A DNA stretch of 64,000 bases from Candidatus Limnocylindrus sp. (lineage in GTDB: Bacteria > Chloroflexota > Limnocylindria > Limnocylindrales > Limnocylindraceae), in NCBI GenBank assembly GCA_040397215.1, contig JBBAWK010000001.1; one strand, written 5' to 3'. Positions 59,428 to 64,000 of this stretch are shown one piece after another; positions within the stretch are counted from its first letter, which is position 1, and each line of letters starts with the position of its first letter. The notes beneath the pieces were generated by a model that saw only the letters and a list, made by a program, of their open reading frames with translations, ran no database searches and was not told where the DNA came from. The position numbers were made by a program, and so were the translations under genes.

Positions 59428-60195
59428 TCAAGGGACGCTGATCCCCCACTTCGCACCAAGCGCGCGATGTGCCGCCTGCAGCTCACTCGGTGAAAGCGAC
59501 CGCCCCCAAATCACCACCTCCATGATGGTGCCGACGAAATACTTCGCTGTCCCCGCAACGAACATCCCGCCGATCCAGTTCATGCTCTCTGTCGTTGTGA
59601 TGTTGAAGGCCGTCTCCGCCCCACCGTTGTACTGAAAGGCGTCAGCCGCTCCTGCAGTGGTGCGCACCGTAGTGATGGTCAGTCCGGTGACAGTACGAGC
59701 AGTTGTCGCGCCAACCGATTGACCATTGCTGTACATCCGTAGCCGACCGGACTCCATGGTGATACCAGAGAAGCGAGTCCTGCTCCCCATGAGCGGATGG
59801 CTGAGCCCATCGTTGCTTTGTCGAAAGACCAGCATTACCGTCATCGGCTCTAAGGGGATGCTGGCTGGCAACTGCACCGCCGCACCGCTGAACTGCAGGC
59901 CGGTCACTCCCGCTGTCGCCGTTGGGTAGGGTTGATATGGTCCTGCGCTTACGGGCGCGTGTTGCGCTTGGCCCGACTTGTCGAACCAGTAGCGAAGGCG
60001 CGACGAGAGCGCCATGGTTCCCGCCTCTGCGGTGTCGTACCAGAGGAGGAGCCCGCTGTTGACGCCACCAGGAGCGCCCCACGCGCCAGAGGTGAGCGAT
60101 AGGTCGAGCCGAGGCGACCAGGCGGCGCCCGAGGTTGCTAGGGCGATGAGCGCGAGTGGCACGGCAACTCGCAGCCACAAACGGTGCCGACTCAC
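59428..60195 (-). CDS. Secreted LamG/concanavalin-like (laminin G 3-type) domain protein
   Basis: GTG at 60195 overlaps the upstream stop (GTGA). N-terminus VSRHRLWLRVAVPLALIALATSGAAWSP is signal-peptide-like. The C-terminal ...NWIGGMFVAGTAKYFVGTIMEVVIWGRSLSPSELQAAHRAL is typical of the LamG jelly-roll end. The track ORF to 60342 overlaps the upstream gene and is rejected. Confidence 0.6.
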   Translation of the reverse strand: MSRHRLWLRVAVPLALIALATSGAAWSPRLDLSLTSGAWGAPGGVNSGLLLWYDTAEAGTMALSSRLRYWFDKSGQAQHAPVSAGPYQPYPTATAGVTGLQFSGAAVQLPASIPLEPMTVMLVFRQSNDGLSHPLMGSRTRFSGITMESGRLRMYSNGQSVGATTARTVTGLTITTVRTTAGAADAFQYNGGAETAFNITTTESMNWIGGMFVAGTAKYFVGTIMEVVIWGRSLSPSELQAAHRALGAKWGISVP

Positions 60196-61037
60196 TCTGG
60201 CCCCCAGCGCAGCGGGAGTGAGATGGTCGCATTGGCGGCAGTGATACTCCCGAGGAGGGTTACTTGGATCTGGCACTCGCTCGCGGCGGCGCCCGCAGAG
60301 AGTGACGCGAGTCGCCCCGTTGCAAGATTCGCCGCACTCCACGCTGCAGTGAAGAGGTCAGCGGAAGCGGTCCAGGTTGTGCTGCCAACTGGGCGACAGG
60401 TGCTGGTAAGCCGCAGTGATCGGGCCATGCCACTCGTCGCGATCGGCGCGAATCGGTCCGGATCAACGCGCAGTGTATTGGTGGTGCCAGCACACTCGCC
60501 CGCCACCCCCGTTGGGCACGGCGTGAGCGTCAGCGTCCACGTTGCCCGTCCTCCAGGGAGGAGCTGGCCGTGCGCATCGGCACCCACCAACATTGGGCCG
60601 CTCATCTCCACGCGCGCCCCTAGCGCGGAGGTGATGCCCACGTTGATGCGCCTCCCGGCGCTGAACTGTGCCGCAACGAGGTCGAGCGGGAACGAGGTGA
60701 TGAGGCCGGTGGGGATGACGGCGGCGAGCCCACCTAGCACCGCCGCGTCGGAGATGCGCTCGGCGTCGGGGCTGAGGCTGGCGTCACCCTGTGTTCGACG
60801 CCACCCCGCACCCCGCTGAATGACGCGGTGTAGAAGCAACTGACCATCACTCGGTCGCTCCACCAACACCACATCGCCCACCTCACCGCCTCGCCACAGT
60901 CGCGCGGTGAGGACCAGGTCACCATCGCGAATGCTTGGCGACATTGAGTTTCCTGAAATAACGAGCATTCGCAGTCCGGCAAGCTGCGTTGCAAGGAGAA
61001 GCGTGAGCGCGGCGGCGCACCAGCGGGCTCTGCTCAC
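60192..61037 (-). CDS. SipW-type (archaeal/ER-type) signal peptidase I fused to a C-terminal TasA/camelysin-like domain
   Basis: N-terminal TM helix. Catalytic-box-like ISGNSMSPSI (Ser), LLLHRVI (His), TQGDASLSPD, GGLAAVIPTG. Residues ~122-281 (LVAAQFSAGRRINVGITS...PGGRATWTLTLT...QIQVTLLGSITAAN) align by eye with the upstream TasA-like protein. Confidence 0.7.
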   Translation of the reverse strand: MSRARWCAAALTLLLATQLAGLRMLVISGNSMSPSIRDGDLVLTARLWRGGEVGDVVLVERPSDGQLLLHRVIQRGAGWRRTQGDASLSPDAERISDAAVLGGLAAVIPTGLITSFPLDLVAAQFSAGRRINVGITSALGARVEMSGPMLVGADAHGQLLPGGRATWTLTLTPCPTGVAGECAGTTNTLRVDPDRFAPIATSGMARSLRLTSTCRPVGSTTWTASADLFTAAWSAANLATGRLASLSAGAAASECQIQVTLLGSITAANATISLPLRWGPE

Positions 61038-61651
61038 TGGGTCTTGTTGCGCGCCTCGAAGGTGAAGGTCGCAGCAACCGAAGAGTCAGCGCCTGTAGTG
61101 GCACTTGCTGGCAACGTGAAGGTGAACGTGTAGGCCGCACTCTTTGCCGTCACACCAGTCACCGCACCACCATTCTGTGAGCTCCATACCGCACCGATCG
61201 GCGCTGCAAATGAGCCGTACGCCGAGAGACCGTTCAGTGCGCCGGAATAGAGCGTCTCCGCGCCCCCACCGCCAATGCTGCGCGTGATCGTTACCTGCAG
61301 TGCAGCGCCAAGTCCAGAGGGGGCGGGTGACGTACCAGTGATATCACTCCATACCGCGATCTCGGTCAGGTTTGATGGCGTCGTCACGGTAGATTCATTC
61401 AGCACCGTGATGGTTTGCGTGAAGGTGGCGCCCGGGCCAATGTTGGTCAGCGTTGCGCCACCGAAGGTGAGCTGCTGGACGCCAACCGTACTCAACGAGA
61501 CGACTCCCGAGGTGGCTCCGCCAGTGACGGGCGTCGTCGCAGTGAATGCGGCGCTGGTTCGACCGACCGTTGCGCCAATTACGAGCGCACCCGCCACCAC
61601 CACCGCCCGCACGGCGTGACGTGACGTCAAGAGAACTCCCTGTGTTTGCAT
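61034..61651 (-). CDS. TasA/camelysin-family secreted protein with SipW-dependent-type signal peptide
   Basis: 205 aa. The signal region ...VVAGALVIGATVGRTSAAFTATT... parallels ...GGGTWAAFND... of B. subtilis TasA (recalled from memory). NIGPGATFTQTITVLNES and the C-terminal VAATFTFEARNKTQ also match family hallmarks. AGGAG lies 5 nt before the ATG. Confidence 0.65.
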   Translation of the reverse strand: MQTQGVLLTSRHAVRAVVVAGALVIGATVGRTSAAFTATTPVTGGATSGVVSLSTVGVQQLTFGGATLTNIGPGATFTQTITVLNESTVTTPSNLTEIAVWSDITGTSPAPSGLGAALQVTITRSIGGGGAETLYSGALNGLSAYGSFAAPIGAVWSSQNGGAVTGVTAKSAAYTFTFTLPASATTGADSSVAATFTFEARNKTQ

Positions 61652-61670
61652 ACCGACTCCTACGAGCGGG

Positions 61671-61699
61671 TTATTAGGCGGGCGCAGATCCTAAGCGAA
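61671..61699 (-). promoter_or_regulatory. Weak candidate promoter for the TasA/SipW module: TTCGCT-N17-TAATAA
   Basis: Read on the minus strand in the 78-nt spacer upstream of the TasA-like gene. Poor match to consensus. Confidence 0.2.
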
Positions 61700-61729
61700 T
61701 TGGTGTACCCAGTGGATAACGCCGATGAG

Positions 61730-62818
61730 CTACTCCAGCGGTAGTGCGATCCCGCTTGGTGCCCAGCTCTCGCCGATACGATCGATCTCTGCCGGTAGGT
61801 TGGCGATGGCACGCTCGAGAATGGTCTTGTTCACCGCAAGTCCGCTGATGGCAACTGTTGACACGTCAAGGACACCCTGTGGCGCCGGCCAGATGGAGGC
61901 GTTGAATTGGTCGATTGACCAGGCGAGGCTGTCGCCGAATCGATCCGTCTCACCACCCTGTTCGAAGACTGCCGCGCACTCACTCGGTTGATCTCTGCAG
62001 AAGGCGAGTCCGTCGGTGAGCCCAATCAGAATAAGCGCTGCTGCGATGCTGAAATCTTCATCTGCGATGGCGCTCTTCTCCATCCAGATCGCAAGGCCGC
62101 GAACGCCGGAAGTGTCACCGAGATTAATCACGTTGATGCCGTCAGGGCCAACGGGGAGCCCGCTCTTTCGTGAGATGAATTCTTGGGCACGTGCGAGGCC
62201 GTCGTACTGCGTCAGAAAGGCGGCGGCGTAGGTCCCGTCATAGAGCGGGGTGAGGTCAAGGGGAACAGACGAGTCCGCTGGGAATTTTGCAGTCACGTTC
62301 TCGGCACCCTCACGCGCGAGCAGAGCCAGGAGCGGCACCTCGTCGCCAACAATGCCCTGAACCAGAATCGTCGAGCCGCTCAGATCCGCCGCGGTGGCGG
62401 CTCCTGAGGCGGGGGCAACGAGCACCATTGAAGTTTTCTGCTGCAGATTGGCGATCATGACCAACGACTCGCGTGCGGTTGCAGATGCGACCACGGCATC
62501 TGGCGTGGCGATGTACAGCTGGAGACGCGACTTGGAGGCCACGAGGGGGAATGGGGCCTCGCCAGCGGTTGGAGCAACCTGGTCCAGCGTGATGCCTGCC
62601 GCAGCAATCGTTTCGGAGGCGGCGGCGTAGGCGAGTGGCGCCGTCAACACGTCTGGGGCGCCAGGCAAATGCACCGTTACGGCAATCTCTTTGGAGGGGC
62701 GAAGCTCACCGGCGATCGATGAGGCAGACGGCTCCACGCTCCCACCGACTGGGGGTCGGCACGCAACTGCGATCAGCGCGATGGAGAGAAGAGCGACGAT
62801 GCTGTGACGTTTGGTCAC
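61730..62818 (-). CDS. Lipoprotein resembling an NMT1/SsuA-type ABC substrate-binding protein
   Basis: Lipobox in [20 protein letters not shown]. Two-lobe periplasmic-binding-protein-like sequence. GTG start overlaps the pstB stop (GTGA). Family assignment made by eye only. Confidence 0.55.
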   Translation of the reverse strand: MTKRHSIVALLSIALIAVACRPPVGGSVEPSASSIAGELRPSKEIAVTVHLPGAPDVLTAPLAYAAASETIAAAGITLDQVAPTAGEAPFPLVASKSRLQLYIATPDAVVASATARESLVMIANLQQKTSMVLVAPASGAATAADLSGSTILVQGIVGDEVPLLALLAREGAENVTAKFPADSSVPLDLTPLYDGTYAAAFLTQYDGLARAQEFISRKSGLPVGPDGINVINLGDTSGVRGLAIWMEKSAIADEDFSIAAALILIGLTDGLAFCRDQPSECAAVFEQGGETDRFGDSLAWSIDQFNASIWPAPQGVLDVSTVAISGLAVNKTILERAIANLPAEIDRIGESWAPSGIALPLE

Positions 62819-63705
62819 CCGAATCGCCCCTGAATGTAGCCTTCGGTCAGCGCCTGCTTCGGATTCGTGAACATCTCTGCGGTTGGGCCAGTCTCAACGA
62901 GGTAACCCGCTCGATCGTCGTCCATCGAGAAGAAGGCGGTCTCATCGGAGACGCGCGACGCCTGCTGCATGTTGTGCGTGACGATCACGATCGTGTACTC
63001 CGCAGCAAGATCACGGATCAGCTCCTCGATCTTGAGGGTGGCGACCGGATCAAGCGCCGAGCACGGCTCGTCCATCAACACGACACGCGGCTTCACCGCA
63101 ATGGTGCGCGCAATGCAGAGACGCTGCTGCTGCCCGCCTGAGAGGGATGTCCCAGGTTGCTTGAGCTTCTCCTTTACCTCGTCCCAGAGCGCTGCGCGGC
63201 GGAGCGAATCCTCGACGATCCCCTCAATCTCGGATTTTGACGTTCCGCCGGTCAGGCGAAGTCCACTCGAAACGTTCTCGCTAATCGACATCGTTGGGAA
63301 CGGGTTCGGCTTCTGGAAGACCATCCCCACGACCCGGCGGGCACGAACGGGATCCACGTTTGAGCTGTAGAGGTCAACGCCGTCAAGCGAGATGGAGCCA
63401 GAGACGGTTGCACCTGGGAGCGTCTCGTGCATGCGATTGATCGTACGAATCAGCGTGGACTTTCCGCAGCCCGATGGCCCGATGAGAGCGGTGACGCTCT
63501 TTGGTCGAACCGCCAACGTCACATCCTTCACAGCGCGGAACGCGCCGTACCGTGCTGAGACGTTCTCAAGGACCAGGCGGCCGGCATCAGTCTCGCTGGC
63601 GGCAGCACGGGAGGTTGCCTGCGCTGCGGGTCGTGCCGCAGCCTGGGCGAGTTCGTCTTTTGCACCCGCTGGTGAAGAATTGGTGCTTCGCTTCTCGGTT
63701 GCCAT
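62815..63705 (-). CDS. pstB: Phosphate ABC transporter ATP-binding protein PstB (with about 35-aa N-terminal extension)
   Basis: [53 protein letters not shown], with C-terminal YIQGRFG. Confidence 0.93.
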   Translation of the reverse strand: MATEKRSTNSSPAGAKDELAQAAARPAAQATSRAAASETDAGRLVLENVSARYGAFRAVKDVTLAVRPKSVTALIGPSGCGKSTLIRTINRMHETLPGATVSGSISLDGVDLYSSNVDPVRARRVVGMVFQKPNPFPTMSISENVSSGLRLTGGTSKSEIEGIVEDSLRRAALWDEVKEKLKQPGTSLSGGQQQRLCIARTIAVKPRVVLMDEPCSALDPVATLKIEELIRDLAAEYTIVIVTHNMQQASRVSDETAFFSMDDDRAGYLVETGPTAEMFTNPKQALTEGYIQGRFG

Positions 63706-63716
63706 GTTGCCCCTCC

Positions 63717-64000
63717 TTACGCTGTTCTGCTATTGACGGTTCGGCCTCGAACCAGCACGTTAATGGTGAGTGCGATGACCATCAAGATCAGCGCCGTTGC
63801 CCACGCCTGCCCGATCAGAAGATCGCTCGCCGCGGCAGCATACTGATAGATCACAATCGGCATCGCGTTCATAGTGGTGCTGAAATCGAGCCAGTTCTCC
63901 GCGTTGGTGCCTCGGGCCGTCATCAGAAGCGGCGCCGTTTCGCCGAGGGCACGGCTAAAGGCGAGAATCACGCCGGTGAGGATGCCAGGAAGTGCAGTCC
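63717..64000 (-). CDS. pstA: Phosphate ABC transporter permease PstA, 3' part (gene continues beyond the right edge)
   Basis: ...[26 protein letters not shown]... is the PstA EAA-loop region. The frame stays open to nt 64000. Confidence 0.8.
   Translation of the reverse strand, partial: TALPGILTGVILAFSRALGETAPLLMTARGTNAENWLDFSTTMNAMPIVIYQYAAAASDLLIGQAWATALILMVIALTINVLVRGRTVNSRTA

Overview
This is a high-GC, very gene-dense bacterial chromosomal segment. By hand count it is roughly 60-65% GC, with local extremes from about 44% to about 77%. I can support 59 protein-coding genes (two truncated by the window edges) and one tRNA-Pro(UGG); about three quarters lie on the minus strand. Several features suggest a monoderm, Terrabacteria-type lineage (Actinomycetota- or Chloroflexota-like): OpcA next to Zwf, a GuaB3-type IMPDH paralogue, UPF0182, an LCP protein, a PucR regulator, MreB/MreC, a Ycf45-like AAA/R3H ATPase, strong GGAGG ribosome-binding sites, and many GTGA/ATGA/TAATG start-stop overlaps. 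I cannot place it more precisely without a search. Most of the window is housekeeping. It includes glnA, rph-rdgB-mazG, radC-mreB-mreC, pdxS-pdxT, tmk-guaB3-guaA, rho, obg-nadD-rsfS, pyrG, tal, and a seven-gene pentose-phosphate operon (tkt-rpiB-pgi-gnd-zwf-opcA-pgl). It also has two ABC-2 exporter sets and the end of a pst phosphate operon. Four regions look accessory. (i) At the left end, an ECF sigma factor is followed by three tandem, mutually paralogous anti-sigma-like membrane proteins (one lacks the zinc motif) and a secreted surface protein. (ii) A 946-aa secreted FG-GAP/LysM wall-associated protein. (iii) An orphan ResB-like gene is translationally coupled to a PucR-type regulator. 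(iv) At 59.4-61.7 kb there is a translationally coupled three-gene module. It encodes a TasA/camelysin-like protein, a SipW-type signal peptidase fused to a second TasA-like domain, and a LamG-fold protein. All three carry an Ala-Ala-aromatic motif. This module is my best candidate for an undescribed system. I found no CRISPR array, transposase, integrase or rRNA. All functional calls rest on motif recognition in the supplied translations and on reading the DNA by eye. No database search, HMM or folding calculation was possible, so start codons and all regulatory-site calls are provisional.
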